This document shows, in pieces, positions 1-12,149 of a stretch of 64,000 bases of DNA (the stretch's first letter is position 1; each line of letters begins with the position of its first letter). Position numbers and translations under genes: made by a program. The notes under the pieces are model-generated. The model was given only the letters and a program-made list of their open reading frames with translations. It was not told the origin of the DNA and did no database searches. The stretch is from Deltaproteobacteria bacterium (GTDB lineage Bacteria > JAGRBM01 > JAHCIT01), in NCBI GenBank assembly GCA_026129095.1, contig JAHCIT010000005.1:124001-188000 (forward strand). Reading direction: 5' to 3'.

Positions 1-369
1 GGCGACTACCTTTCGGATGCGGCCGCCGCGCAGGTGGGCGGCCTCGGCATTGCGCCGGGAGCGAACATCGGCGACAAGGCGGCGGTATTCGAGGCCACCC
101 ACGGCACCGCTCCCAAATACGCGGGCCAGGACAAGGTGAACCCCGGGTCGGTGATCCTGTCGGGAGTGATGATGTTCGAATACATGGGGTGGGATCGTGC
201 GGCACAGCTCATCACGGCCGCGATGGAGAAGACCATCTCCGAAAAGACCGTCACCTACGACTTCGAGCGCCAGATGCAGGGTGCGAAACTGCTGAAGTGC
301 TCGGAGTTCGGCAAGGCGGTTGCGAAGAACATGGACGCCGTGATTGGCTCCATCAACACTCAGAACTGA
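1..369 (+). CDS. icd: NADP-dependent isocitrate dehydrogenase, C-terminal part (begins before the window)
   Basis: Frame 1 reads [24 protein letters not shown]...[21 protein letters not shown]...VTYDFER, typical IDH motifs; directly upstream of mdh. Confidence 0.95.
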   Translation, partial: GDYLSDAAAAQVGGLGIAPGANIGDKAAVFEATHGTAPKYAGQDKVNPGSVILSGVMMFEYMGWDRAAQLITAAMEKTISEKTVTYDFERQMQGAKLLKCSEFGKAVAKNMDAVIGSINTQN

Positions 370-399
370 TCCGGCCTCAAGAACCGGGAAGGCAGGTAA

Positions 400-2294
<1,895 letters not shown>

Positions 2295-2358
2295 GGGTGA
2301 AAGGGCTCCCGGCGGCGCCTGACGCCGGACCGTTCATAGTTCCCCGGAAACCAAAGCG

Positions 2359-3168
2359 CTAGCGCCGTTCTCCAGACTGGATCCGTACATCCAGCCGGTC
2401 CCGCAGGGCTTCACCGGCAAGGTTGAAACCAAGCACTGCCGTGGCGAGCACTGCCCCCGGCACCAGCCCCACGTGCGGCGCGATGAGCAGGTAGTCGATG
2501 CCGCTGTCGAGCATCGACCCCCATGAAGGACGGCCGGGAATGCCGAGCCCCAGAAACGACAGGGAACTTTCGGTCAGCACCGCTGCCCCCAGGGCGAATG
2601 CCCCCTGTACCGCCAGCAGGGCGTACAGGTTGGGGAGCAGGTGGCGGACCATCACGGACAGTTCGCCCGCGCCGGTCACCAGCGCCGCCTGAACGAACTC
2701 GCGCTCCCTCAGCTCCAGGACCTGCCCGCGCACGAGCCGCGCATATCCCACCCATCCAAGGGCCGACATGGCGGCGATAAGATTGATGAGCGATGGCCCC
2801 AGCACGAAGGCAAGCCCCAGGGCAAGCAGGATTCCGGGGAACGCCTGCAAGAGGTCTACCGTCCGCATCAGGGCAAAGTCCCAGGTGCCACGCCTCCACC
2901 CGGCCCAGAGCCCGACGGCAGTTCCCACGGTCATCGAGATCAGCACGACGGGAACGCTCACGAGGAGTGACACCCGCGCCCCGGCCAGCACCCGTGCCAG
3001 AAGATCCCGGCCCAGTTCGTCGCAGCCCAGCCAGTGGGCGGCGGAGGGCCCCGCCAGTTCCAGTTCCAGGTTCGTCTCGGACGCCCCGTACGGAACCAGC
3101 CACGGCCCGGCGATCGCCAGCACGCACCAGCCGCCGATGATCCACAGTCCCGCAGGAATCCGCCTCAC
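2359..3168 (-). CDS. Peptide/nickel ABC transporter permease (DppC/OppC-like)
   Basis: HWLGCDELGRDLLAR, EFVQAA loop, ESSLSFLGLG, SWGSML. Confidence 0.93.
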   Translation of the reverse strand: MRRIPAGLWIIGGWCVLAIAGPWLVPYGASETNLELELAGPSAAHWLGCDELGRDLLARVLAGARVSLLVSVPVVLISMTVGTAVGLWAGWRRGTWDFALMRTVDLLQAFPGILLALGLAFVLGPSLINLIAAMSALGWVGYARLVRGQVLELREREFVQAALVTGAGELSVMVRHLLPNLYALLAVQGAFALGAAVLTESSLSFLGLGIPGRPSWGSMLDSGIDYLLIAPHVGLVPGAVLATAVLGFNLAGEALRDRLDVRIQSGERR

Positions 3169-4100
3169 CCGCCGCCCCCCTTGCCGCCGGACCGGATGCG
3201 CGGATCGGCCGCGCCATAGGCGATATCGGTCAGGACATTCACCAGCACGTAGGTCGTGGAGATGACGATGATGACGCCCTGAACGACCGGAAAATCCCTC
3301 TGGAGGATTCCATTGATGAGCAGGGTTCCGATACCGGGCCAGGCGAACACCTTTTCGGTAATGATCGCCCCGCCCAGCAGCACGCCAAACTGGAGCCCCA
3401 GCACACTGATCACCGGGAGCAGCGCCGCCCGGAGGGCGTGCGTCCAGATGACCGCCCGCTCGGCAAGCCCCTTGGCCCGTGCCGTACGGACGAAATCGGC
3501 TGACAGCACATCCAGCATGCTCACGCGAACGATGCGCGACAGGCCCGCCGCGAGGGCCAGGCCGAGCGTGACGGCCGGCAGGATGACCGACGCGCTGCTG
3601 TCAAACCCGCCCATCGGCAGGAGGCCGAGATGGACCGCAAACAGAAGAATCAGCACCGGACCCACCCAGAACGTCGGGAGTGAGACACCGAGCAGGGAAA
3701 CCCCCAGCAGCATCCGGTCTATCCAGGTCCCCCGGAACCGCGCCGCCAGCACCCCCAGAGGCAGAGCGAACAGTATCGAGAACGCAAGGCCCGCCAAGGC
3801 GAGCCACAGGGTCGCCAGGTAGCGGTCGGCGATGAGGCGGCTTACCGGCATTCCGGCAGCGATGGATATTCTCAGGTCGCCCCTCGCCAGGTCGGCCATA
3901 AACCGTCCGTACTGAACCATCACCGGCTGGTCCAGATGATACTGCTGCCGGATGGCCTCGAGATTCGCGGCCGTGGCCCTCTCCCCCGCGATCACGGCGG
4001 CCGGATCACCGGGAAGCATGTGCAGGGCAAAAAAGACCAGTGTGGAGACTCCCCATACGACGGGGAGCGCCGCCAGAAGCCGCCGCCAGATGACGTTCAT
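3165..4100 (-). CDS. Peptide/nickel ABC transporter permease (DppB/OppB-like)
   Basis: LPGDPA, DFVRTARAKGL, GAIITEKVFAWPGIG, RDFPVVQG; 4-bp overlaps with both neighbours. Confidence 0.94.
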   Translation of the reverse strand: MNVIWRRLLAALPVVWGVSTLVFFALHMLPGDPAAVIAGERATAANLEAIRQQYHLDQPVMVQYGRFMADLARGDLRISIAAGMPVSRLIADRYLATLWLALAGLAFSILFALPLGVLAARFRGTWIDRMLLGVSLLGVSLPTFWVGPVLILLFAVHLGLLPMGGFDSSASVILPAVTLGLALAAGLSRIVRVSMLDVLSADFVRTARAKGLAERAVIWTHALRAALLPVISVLGLQFGVLLGGAIITEKVFAWPGIGTLLINGILQRDFPVVQGVIIVISTTYVLVNVLTDIAYGAADPRIRSGGKGGGG

Positions 4101-5602
4101 CTGGCCTCCTTGCGGATGTTTTCGATCATCCAGAAGGAAGCGGCCGGGTCGGGCTCCACTCCCCGGATGCCCGGCTGGGCAACGGCGATATTGTCGCGCC
4201 AGAAGAGCGGCACGTACGGGAGATCGCGGGCGGTGATCTCCTGAACCTCTCCGTAAAGCCCGGCCCGGCGCTCCGGGTCGATCTCGGTGCGGGCATCTTC
4301 CAGCAGGCGGTCAACCTCCGGGCTGGAGTAGTAACCCCGGTTCTTGCCGCCCCGGTCCGGCGTCTCGCGGGAATGGAAGATCGAATACATCATGTCCGGA
4401 TCGGCGATGGCGACCCAGCTCAGGGTAAACACCTGGAAATCGCCCCGGACAATCTGGTCGAACAGGGCCGCCCATTCATAGCTTTTCACCTTCACGCGGA
4501 TGCCGACGGCCGCGAGGCTCTCCTGCATCACCTCGATGTTGCGGAGCGCCTCCTTGTTGGTCGAGGTTTTCCACTCAACCTCGATGCCGCCCGGATAACC
4601 GGCCTCGCCGAGCAGCGAGCGGGCCCGGTCCGGATCGAATCCATAGGTGACGGAAGGCTGGCGCCACGCCCAGTGAAAACCGGGAAGATATCCCGTCGCC
4701 ACCGATGCCATTCCCCGGAGGCGGTAATGCACCAGCCGGTCGCGGTCGATGGCATGGGCGAACGCCTGCCGGACGCGCGGATCCTTCAGCACCGGATCAC
4801 GGAGATTGAAAGCGAGGTAGGTGTAGTTGGCGCCGGGACCGGTGACGACCTGGAACCCCTTGTCCCCCAGATGCCGGGCATAGAGCGGCGTGATATTGTT
4901 GATGGCAAGGTCTACCGATCCGTGCAGGAGCCCCAGAACCCGGCTTGTCTCGTTCGGAATGACCTGCATGACGACCCGCCGCATTGCGGGCGGCGGCCAG
5001 TTGCCGCCCTCCTCCACGGCCTCCAGCACCACCTTTTCGGACGGAATATATCCGGCAAGCCGGTAGGGTCCGGTCCCGACCGGCGTGCGCTTCAGCGTGT
5101 CCGGCGCTACGTGGGCCGGCGGAATGCCGATCGTGAGATCGGAGAGAAACGACGCTCTCGCCTGCTTCAGCCGGAACCTGAACTCGTAGTCGCCCAGAAC
5201 CTCGATCGACTCGATATTGTCGAATGTACCCCGGAGCGGGGAAACGGAATCCGGATCCAGGATGATTTCAAACGTACGTGCCACGTCACGGGCCGTCAGC
5301 GGTGTGCCGTCATGGAACCGGACGCCTGGACGGAGCAACATGTGCCAGGAAACCGGCGTCTCGGCCGTATAGGCCGCCACAAGCCGGGGCACCGGGCGGC
5401 CGGACCGGTCCACGCGGAACAGGCCGTCATAGACCAGCTTGTTCACGTTGTCGGAATAGATGTCGCGGGCGAACCGGGGATCGAAATTCGTGGGATTGGC
5501 CTCCAGTGCGACCACAAGAGTGCCGGCATTCGTCCGGGGCGAATGGCATCCTCCGGCCACCACCAGCCAGATCAGCCACAGCAAGTATGAAAAGGTTTTC
5601 AC
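4097..5602 (-). CDS. ABC transporter substrate-binding lipoprotein, family 5 (probable GTG start at 5602)
   Basis: Signal peptide ending AGGC, LRPGVRFHDG, PVGTGPY, VRQAFAHAIDR. Confidence 0.9.
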   Translation of the reverse strand: MKTFSYLLWLIWLVVAGGCHSPRTNAGTLVVALEANPTNFDPRFARDIYSDNVNKLVYDGLFRVDRSGRPVPRLVAAYTAETPVSWHMLLRPGVRFHDGTPLTARDVARTFEIILDPDSVSPLRGTFDNIESIEVLGDYEFRFRLKQARASFLSDLTIGIPPAHVAPDTLKRTPVGTGPYRLAGYIPSEKVVLEAVEEGGNWPPPAMRRVVMQVIPNETSRVLGLLHGSVDLAINNITPLYARHLGDKGFQVVTGPGANYTYLAFNLRDPVLKDPRVRQAFAHAIDRDRLVHYRLRGMASVATGYLPGFHWAWRQPSVTYGFDPDRARSLLGEAGYPGGIEVEWKTSTNKEALRNIEVMQESLAAVGIRVKVKSYEWAALFDQIVRGDFQVFTLSWVAIADPDMMYSIFHSRETPDRGGKNRGYYSSPEVDRLLEDARTEIDPERRAGLYGEVQEITARDLPYVPLFWRDNIAVAQPGIRGVEPDPAASFWMIENIRKEAR

Positions 5603-5689
5603 GCTGTCAGCCGGTTTCCGCGCCCTGCCTGCACTTGAAACGAGTCTATTTCTGGACCCGCCGGGGAGCAATCGCTACAGTGACTTCCG

Positions 5690-7168
5690 ATGAGAAAGGT
5701 TCTTCTTCCTGCTGCCATAACCGTTGCGCTTCTTGTCTCAGGCGTCAGTCTTGCCCAGGAAAGCCCAAAACCGGTTGCCGTTCCCGAGCCCAACTGGACC
5801 GAAGTCGCCCGGAAGGAGTTCAGCGGGAAACCCATCGGACAGACCCGCTGGAGCTTTTACGCCGAGGAACTCCCCACTGGCCGTGTGCTCGCCTGCGCCC
5901 AGTGCGATGAAATGCGGATTCCGGCCTCGACCCTGAAGCTGCTGACAGGTGCGGCGGCGCTGGACCGCCTCGGTCTCGGCTACCAGTGGGAAACGAAGCT
6001 CTTTGCTGACAAGCCGGCAAGCAAAAGGAAAATCGAGGGGAACCTTTACCTCAAGGGTTACGGTGACCCGGCCCTGATTACCGAGCGCCTGCTCCTCATT
6101 GCCGCCGACATCCGGAACCGCCTTTTTCAGGAGGTCACGGGCGATCTGGTCGTGGATGCGACCTATTTCGATAACGAGCTGCTGAACCCAGCCTGGGGAG
6201 CGATGGCCGACAACAGCGACCGGAGCTACGTGGCCGCGACATCGGCCGTCAGCATCAATTTCAACAGTTTCACGGGTGTCGCCGTTCCGGGTGAAAAAAT
6301 GGGCGATCCGGCCCTCGTCTACATGGAACCGGTCACCCGGTTCGTCCGGGTAGACAGCACTGCAACCACCGGCGGCCCCAGGGCTCCCCTGACGCTGGTC
6401 GCCAGCCGCATCGGCACGGCCGCCAGACCAGTCATGCAGGTGAAAGGCTCCATTCCGTCAAGCCTCGCGGCCAAGCGTTTCTACAAGCAGGTGCCCGACC
6501 CGGCTCTCTACGCAGGCCATCTGCTCAAGGAGTTCCTGGAGCGCGAGGGCGTGAAGTTTGGCGGCACGGTACGGGTGGCAGCGACGCCGGAGGGCGCTCA
6601 GATAGTCCAGACGTTCACCGGTCCGCCGCTTTCCGAGGTCATCCGCTACCTGAACAAGCACTCGAACAACTTTGTTGCGGAGATGCTGCTCAAGACACTG
6701 GGGGCCCAGCAGAAGGGCGAGCCCGGCACCACGGCCAAGGGGCTGGAAGTGGTGAAGGAGTTCGCCGCCGATATCGGCCTCAATCCGGGTCAGGTGGAGA
6801 TTTACGACGGCTCCGGGCTCGCCCGGAAGAACCAGATGACCGCCCGGCAGCTCGGGAAGGTTCTGGACTGGGTGTTTCACAACGCGGAGATATTCCCCGA
6901 ATACGCGGCCTCGCTGCCGGTGGCCCAGACAGACGGCACCATCCGCCGCCGGCTGAGAAACCCCAAGGTCGCGCAGCGTATCCGGGGCAAGACGGGGCTG
7001 CTTGATGGGGTGACGACCCTCGCCGGTTACATGTTCCCGCTGGGGTCAAAGCCCATCGGATACGTCTTTTTCGTCAACGGCCCCGGCGCGCTCGGCGACA
7101 TCGAAGCCCAGCAGGACCGCCTGATGATGCAGATGATGGACTTCTACACGCTGGAGCAGGCGCCCTGA
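5690..7168 (+). CDS. dacB: D-Ala-D-Ala carboxypeptidase/endopeptidase PBP4 (peptidase S13)
   Basis: PASTLK (SxxK), GYGDP, SNN, DGSGL and KTG motifs; N-terminal signal peptide. Confidence 0.93.
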   Translation: MRKVLLPAAITVALLVSGVSLAQESPKPVAVPEPNWTEVARKEFSGKPIGQTRWSFYAEELPTGRVLACAQCDEMRIPASTLKLLTGAAALDRLGLGYQWETKLFADKPASKRKIEGNLYLKGYGDPALITERLLLIAADIRNRLFQEVTGDLVVDATYFDNELLNPAWGAMADNSDRSYVAATSAVSINFNSFTGVAVPGEKMGDPALVYMEPVTRFVRVDSTATTGGPRAPLTLVASRIGTAARPVMQVKGSIPSSLAAKRFYKQVPDPALYAGHLLKEFLEREGVKFGGTVRVAATPEGAQIVQTFTGPPLSEVIRYLNKHSNNFVAEMLLKTLGAQQKGEPGTTAKGLEVVKEFAADIGLNPGQVEIYDGSGLARKNQMTARQLGKVLDWVFHNAEIFPEYAASLPVAQTDGTIRRRLRNPKVAQRIRGKTGLLDGVTTLAGYMFPLGSKPIGYVFFVNGPGALGDIEAQQDRLMMQMMDFYTLEQAP

Positions 7169-7175
7169 GCGGCGC

Positions 7176-7862
7176 CTACCCTCTCGTACGGCTGGTACTG
7201 TGAACAGGCCATGAACGCGCGCGGGCGATGTCGTTCAGCTCTCCGCGCGGATTGATGCAGATCGGGAATCCCACTTCGGACAGCACGGCCGCATCAGCCG
7301 GCGAATCGCCCAGATAAACTGCATCCGAAAGCGGTATGCCGAGCTCGCCGCAAACCTTTTTGACAATTTCCAGCTTCCCATTGCCGTGGGGGACCGGGCG
7401 AATGGGCCGGTCGGTCATCCGGCCCTGCGCGTCTATTTCCATTTCGGTCCCAACGGCCCGGGTGGCGCCAACCGCCTCCGCGATCATCTCGACGGCAGGT
7501 TGCGGTGCCGTCCCCATCACCACCACCGGGACACCCCGGCCGCTGTAGAGCCGCAGCGCGGCCTCGGTTTCCACGTAGATCTTGTGCAGGCAATGGCGGC
7601 GGGTTCCCTCGCGGACACGGGCATATCCCGAAATCTTGTCCTCGCCCCTGAAGGCGGCGCTGGATGCCTGGATAAAGTCGTCCATCTGGGCCCGGCCTGC
7701 CAGGTACATCGCCATCGTCGCGGTCAGACGCGGGATGATCTTCAGCGCCTTCAGGCCGCTCAGCAGGTGCCGGGCGATATCGATTCCCATCGTGCCGCCA
7801 TACAGGGTGTTATCGAGATCGCAGAAAACAATCCGGGCCTGCGGGTAGTCGGGAATGGCCAT
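7176..7862 (-). CDS. HAD-IB family hydrolase (SerB-like; probable start 7862)
   Basis: DLDNT motif I, GNGK lysine, GDSPAD motif IV, INP. Confidence 0.85.
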   Translation of the reverse strand: MAIPDYPQARIVFCDLDNTLYGGTMGIDIARHLLSGLKALKIIPRLTATMAMYLAGRAQMDDFIQASSAAFRGEDKISGYARVREGTRRHCLHKIYVETEAALRLYSGRGVPVVVMGTAPQPAVEMIAEAVGATRAVGTEMEIDAQGRMTDRPIRPVPHGNGKLEIVKKVCGELGIPLSDAVYLGDSPADAAVLSEVGFPICINPRGELNDIARARSWPVHSTSRTRG

Positions 7863-7990
7863 AAGCGCCGTGAGCGTAGCACACCCGGCGGGCAGTCTAG
7901 AGAGGGATATGCTGTGAAACGGAACCCGGAGCAAGCCATGTTCCCATTGCACTGGGCCGTTGCTTGGGCAATATACTGTCCCAAACCCGT

Positions 7991-9091
7991 ATGGCCATTG
8001 TCACCAAGACGTCAGACCCAAACGAACTCCTCGGCATGATCGAGGATGGCTCGATTCTCGAAATCGTGGAACCGGTCTGCCAGACCAAGGCCAAGGTCGA
8101 GGTCGCCATCTGGGATGACGAGCGGGTGGCCAAGTTCTACTTCGACGGCGGCCGGATGGTTCACGCCGTCAGCGGAACCCGCAAGGGCCGCGACGTGGCC
8201 TACAACCTGATCCAGTTCCGCCGGGGCGTATTCAAGTTCCGCCGGGACGTGACGGCACCGGAACAGACGGTCGATATCCCCTATGACGCCTTTTTCGACC
8301 AGTTCCAGATCGGCATGGCCGAACTGTTCAGCCAGATTGCCGTTGCCCTGGATGACCGCCCCGTGGCCGCCGAACTCCGTTCCCACAAGGGAGCCCTGAT
8401 TGCGCGGTGGTCGAACTCCCTCGCCCTGGGGTCAAGGCTCGGCAAGCTTGAGCATTTCTCTCACGAGCAGGTCCGCAAGCTCATCGACGCTATCGGCTCC
8501 GACCGGCCCGACACCTTCCGCCCGCTGGAGGGGGTTCTCGAGTACCTGCGCCGTCTCCAGAGCTTCAAGGCAGTGGTCCGGATCATCTACACAGATGTCG
8601 AGCAGACACCCCGGCTCCGCCAGTGGATCGACGACAACCTGGAAGGGGCCGTCTCCCGCGCCTTCAGCGACGCGCTCCGGAAGGCCGACCGGTTCGTCAC
8701 GGCGCGCAAGCCCCTTATTCTTCATATTGACGACGACTCGAACATCCACATGCTGGTCAAGTTTGCCCTCGCCAACGTGGATGCGGAAATCATCACGGCA
8801 CGCGACGGCCAGGAAGGTTTCCGCCGGGCGCTCAAGGATTCGCCCGACCTCATCATCCTGGACCTCGCCATGCCGGGGATGAACGGCTTCGAGGCGTGCG
8901 AAAAGCTGAAGGAGCACGAGAAAACGAAGGGCACGAAGATACTGGTCCTGAGCGGTTCCGACACGGAGGTAAACCGCGAAATCGTCCTCGGAAACCTCAA
9001 GGCCGATGCATTTCTCGCCAAGCCGTTCGACCGGCGCCAGCTGGTGATGACCGTGCTTTCGCTGGGCCGGTTCGAGATGAAGAAACGCTAG
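7991..9091 (+). CDS. Response regulator with N-terminal DUF4388/PatA-N-like domain and C-terminal receiver (start 7991 or TTG 7964)
   Basis: KFYFDGGRMVHA...GVFKF at the N-terminus; intact receiver IDDD...ILDLAMPGMNG...VLSG...LAKPF. Confidence 0.82.
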   Translation: MAIVTKTSDPNELLGMIEDGSILEIVEPVCQTKAKVEVAIWDDERVAKFYFDGGRMVHAVSGTRKGRDVAYNLIQFRRGVFKFRRDVTAPEQTVDIPYDAFFDQFQIGMAELFSQIAVALDDRPVAAELRSHKGALIARWSNSLALGSRLGKLEHFSHEQVRKLIDAIGSDRPDTFRPLEGVLEYLRRLQSFKAVVRIIYTDVEQTPRLRQWIDDNLEGAVSRAFSDALRKADRFVTARKPLILHIDDDSNIHMLVKFALANVDAEIITARDGQEGFRRALKDSPDLIILDLAMPGMNGFEACEKLKEHEKTKGTKILVLSGSDTEVNREIVLGNLKADAFLAKPFDRRQLVMTVLSLGRFEMKKR

Positions 9092-9107
9092 CAGGGCTTA
9101 CGGAAAC

Positions 9108-10157
9108 CTACTTCACGCTCCGGGCGATGCGAATCAGCTCCGGGTAAGGGTAGTTCCCGACCAGCGTGAGCTGGGTGTTCCCCTGGATCCACATGACCGA
9201 AGCGAAGCTGCCGTTGAAATTGAGGTACCCGTCCCGGTCGCCGATCCGGACCTTCTTGCCGAGCATCTGTGGCGTGATGTCGCCCGCCGCCCGGTTCTGG
9301 GTCAGTGACAGGTAGCTGGCATCCCTGCCCATGATGAACGAAACCATCGGCAGGCAGTGTTTCGACCGGATGATCTTTTTCTGTTCCACACCCGGCGGGA
9401 GATATTCCGGCAGGCGTATGTCGAAGTTCATGGTCGCCTTCGCCTCTTCCATGGTAATTCCCTCGTCGCGGTGGTCCCACTCGAAGACGACGGCGTTCCG
9501 GGGGAACTCGAAGGTGAAATCACCGGGCTCCAGGGCGACATCAAATCCCGCCTTCTCAAACTCCATGCGGTACCAGAGTTCCCCTTTCGGAGTGGTGATT
9601 TCGACCTTCAGTGGAAGTGAATAACGGTTATACACTGACGAGACATACGGATAGAGGTAGTCCAGTTTTTCCATCGGGACTGCCTTCCATGGGGTCGCCT
9701 CGTAACCGGCAATCTTCAAGGGTTCCCGCATCTGCCAGGCGTAGTTTTTCATGTTGTAGCGGGTGAGAAGTTCCACATGGTCACGGATCTGCGGGACGGG
9801 CGGGTTTTCGAGGCCCCGGACCCGGATACCGAACAGCTCGTTCGGGTACCAGAAGATCATCGTCTCTCCGTCATAGATGAACAGGTCGCCCGCCCGGCTT
9901 CCGGGTTCGAGAACTTCCGACCGGACCTTCCAGGGTTTCTGGTAGACGACCTTCCGGACGACCTTCGCCTTCGGATCCGTCTGGATGAGACCCGTTTCGG
10001 CGATCTGGGCACGGTAGCTTTCCAGTGCCAGCAGATTGTTGACCATCTGGTCGGATATGGCCTGCGCGAACAGGTTGGTGCAGGCGGTCAGGCATAACAC
10101 GACGGCTGGCGGCAGGAGCCGGCGGATGAACCGGTGGCTGATACTGGATGCTTTCAT
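9108..10157 (-). CDS. Exported LolA-like lipoprotein-carrier-fold protein
   Basis: Signal/lipobox LTAC; YQKPWKVRSE...FIYDGETMIFWYP and DFTFEFP resemble LolA family segments; extra C-terminal domain. Confidence 0.6.
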   Translation of the reverse strand: MKASSISHRFIRRLLPPAVVLCLTACTNLFAQAISDQMVNNLLALESYRAQIAETGLIQTDPKAKVVRKVVYQKPWKVRSEVLEPGSRAGDLFIYDGETMIFWYPNELFGIRVRGLENPPVPQIRDHVELLTRYNMKNYAWQMREPLKIAGYEATPWKAVPMEKLDYLYPYVSSVYNRYSLPLKVEITTPKGELWYRMEFEKAGFDVALEPGDFTFEFPRNAVVFEWDHRDEGITMEEAKATMNFDIRLPEYLPPGVEQKKIIRSKHCLPMVSFIMGRDASYLSLTQNRAAGDITPQMLGKKVRIGDRDGYLNFNGSFASVMWIQGNTQLTLVGNYPYPELIRIARSVK

Positions 10158-10207
10158 ATGCGATCTCTCCTGCCGGGCCGTCATCAGCGGCTACCGGCCT
10201 GTTCAGG

Positions 10208-11029
10208 CTATGCGGATCTGAAGACCCGCCGGAACCAGCTTATCCACTCATCGAATGCGGCATGAACCGGATTGTTGACCGGACGGCCTGCGCCAATCCC
10301 GAAACGGACCGGGTCGGAGGTCTCCCGGGCGAAGCTCCCGAACAGCCGGTCCCAGACGATCAGCACGCCGCCGAAGTTCCGGTTCAGGTAAGGGCTGTTC
10401 TCGCCATGGTGAACCTTGTGGTGCCGGGGGGTGTTGAGGACCCATTCCAGCGGGCCCAGATTCAGCGGAACCTGCGTATGGAGCCATGACTGGTAGAAAA
10501 GGCTCGCTGCCTGCGCGAACAGGACCATCAGGGGGTCGAAGCCGAGGAATACCAGCGGCAGCCAGAAGATCATGGCGGTCATGGGAACCCAGGTCTGGCG
10601 CAAGGCGACGCTCAGGTTGAAGTGCTGCGACGAATGATGGGTAATATGAGAAGCCCAGAGCCACCCCACGTGATGGCTGGTCCGGTGAAACCAGTAGAAA
10701 CAGAAGTCTTCTGCGATGAACAGGAGCAGCCATTCCCACCGGAAGCTGCTGCTCCCGAACGTCCAGCCGGGTGTCCACAACTGGATGACCGGGCGCTCCG
10801 CCGCCCACAGATAGATCCGGAGCAGCACTGGCACCCAAACCAGATTGATCAGGAAGTAGCCCGCATAGAGAGACAGGTTGGCAAAGGTGTCCGCAGGGTC
10901 GTAGAGGCCGGGCCGGCATTTGCGGCTCCAGAGCCACTCCACGAGTATCGCCAGCCCGAAAAGACCAAGCCCCCAGGCGTAGACGTCACGCAGGGGGCTT
11001 GTAAGCAGCGGGGCCAGGATATCTTTCAT
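10208..11029 (-). CDS. Sterol desaturase/fatty acid hydroxylase superfamily protein (alkylglycerol monooxygenase-like)
   Basis: His boxes HRTSH, HITHH, HHKVHH; WDRLFG; NLSVALRQ. Confidence 0.88.
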   Translation of the reverse strand: MKDILAPLLTSPLRDVYAWGLGLFGLAILVEWLWSRKCRPGLYDPADTFANLSLYAGYFLINLVWVPVLLRIYLWAAERPVIQLWTPGWTFGSSSFRWEWLLLFIAEDFCFYWFHRTSHHVGWLWASHITHHSSQHFNLSVALRQTWVPMTAMIFWLPLVFLGFDPLMVLFAQAASLFYQSWLHTQVPLNLGPLEWVLNTPRHHKVHHGENSPYLNRNFGGVLIVWDRLFGSFARETSDPVRFGIGAGRPVNNPVHAAFDEWISWFRRVFRSA

Positions 11030-11063
11030 GGGCGGCCATCCGGCCGGTTCCAGATGGAGGTTT

Positions 11064-12059
11064 TCAGGCCGTCGCTTCCCAGTCCTCGAACTTGAGGATG
11101 TCGAGCTCCCGGAACCGCTCGCGCAGCTTGGGCGTCAGCAGGCCCACGCGCTTCAGGTTCGGTACGATCTTGGAAAAAAGGATTTTCCTGAACTCCTTCA
11201 TGGCCGGGGAGTTGAGCATGTGCTCCAGGCACTCCTCCTTGGGATATCCCAGCGTCTCCCAGACCTCCTGCATCAGGAACCGGTCGCGCATCAGGATACA
11301 GGCCTCGTAGATCCAGTCCTCGCGGTCGCGCAGCTCGCTCGCCGCCATGTCGTCGTAGTAGCCCTTCAGCGACAGGACTCCGAAGGCCACATGGCGGGAT
11401 TCGTCCTTCATCACGTAGTGGGTGAGATCCTTCACCAGCGGTTCGCGGGTGAAGTTGTACGTCATCTGGAAGGCGGCGAGCGCCAGCCCCTCGACGAGTA
11501 TCTGCATCCCCACGTACTTGAAGTCCCACCGGGACTCGGTGAGGATCGAATCGAGCAGTTTCTTCAGGTGCGGCGAGATGGGGTAGGTGAGTTCGTACTT
11601 CTCGTTCAGGTATCTGGCGAACACCTCCACATGCCGGGCCTCGTCCATCACCTGCGTCGAGGCGTAGAACTTGGCGTCAATGCTGGGCACGGCCGTAACG
11701 AGCTGGGAAGCCGTCAGCAGCGCGCCCTGCTCCCCGTGCAAAAACTGCGAAAGCGACCATGAACCCGAGTGGTGGCGGAGCTTGCGGATCTCCTTTTCCG
11801 ACAGCCTGCGCCAGATGTCGGTATTGTAGAGCGCATGCATGGCGTCGGGATTGTTCTCGGACTCGGGATCGACGCTGGTGTCCCACTTGAGCGTCTCGCC
11901 CGACTCCCACTGGTCGCGCTTGGCCTTTTCATAAAGTTCGCGCAGCTCACGCACCTGGACCTCGTAGTTCCAGTTGTAAAGGGTGTCGTACTTGCTGAGA
12001 ACCCGCTCGATCTCCTCGTGAAGCGGCAGTTCCTGGGCAGCGGTTTCCGGAGGCGTCAT
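11064..12059 (-). CDS. Ferritin-like di-iron protein (AurF/aminobenzoate oxygenase-like)
   Basis: HGEQGA...DEARH...VEGLA...DESRH di-iron ligand pattern. Confidence 0.82.
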   Translation of the reverse strand: MTPPETAAQELPLHEEIERVLSKYDTLYNWNYEVQVRELRELYEKAKRDQWESGETLKWDTSVDPESENNPDAMHALYNTDIWRRLSEKEIRKLRHHSGSWSLSQFLHGEQGALLTASQLVTAVPSIDAKFYASTQVMDEARHVEVFARYLNEKYELTYPISPHLKKLLDSILTESRWDFKYVGMQILVEGLALAAFQMTYNFTREPLVKDLTHYVMKDESRHVAFGVLSLKGYYDDMAASELRDREDWIYEACILMRDRFLMQEVWETLGYPKEECLEHMLNSPAMKEFRKILFSKIVPNLKRVGLLTPKLRERFRELDILKFEDWEATA

Positions 12060-12149
12060 GACAAAACTCCCGTTCTGGCAACGGAGCGGCTTGGAGGGCC
12101 GTTCGGTCTGTAAGTCCTGACATTGTGACCGGATGACCCGGACGGGACA

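Noticed and set aside
2295-2358. yybP-ykoY manganese riboswitch upstream of the TerC gene
   Set aside because: The intergenic region is only ~64 nt and lacks recognisable riboswitch consensus elements.
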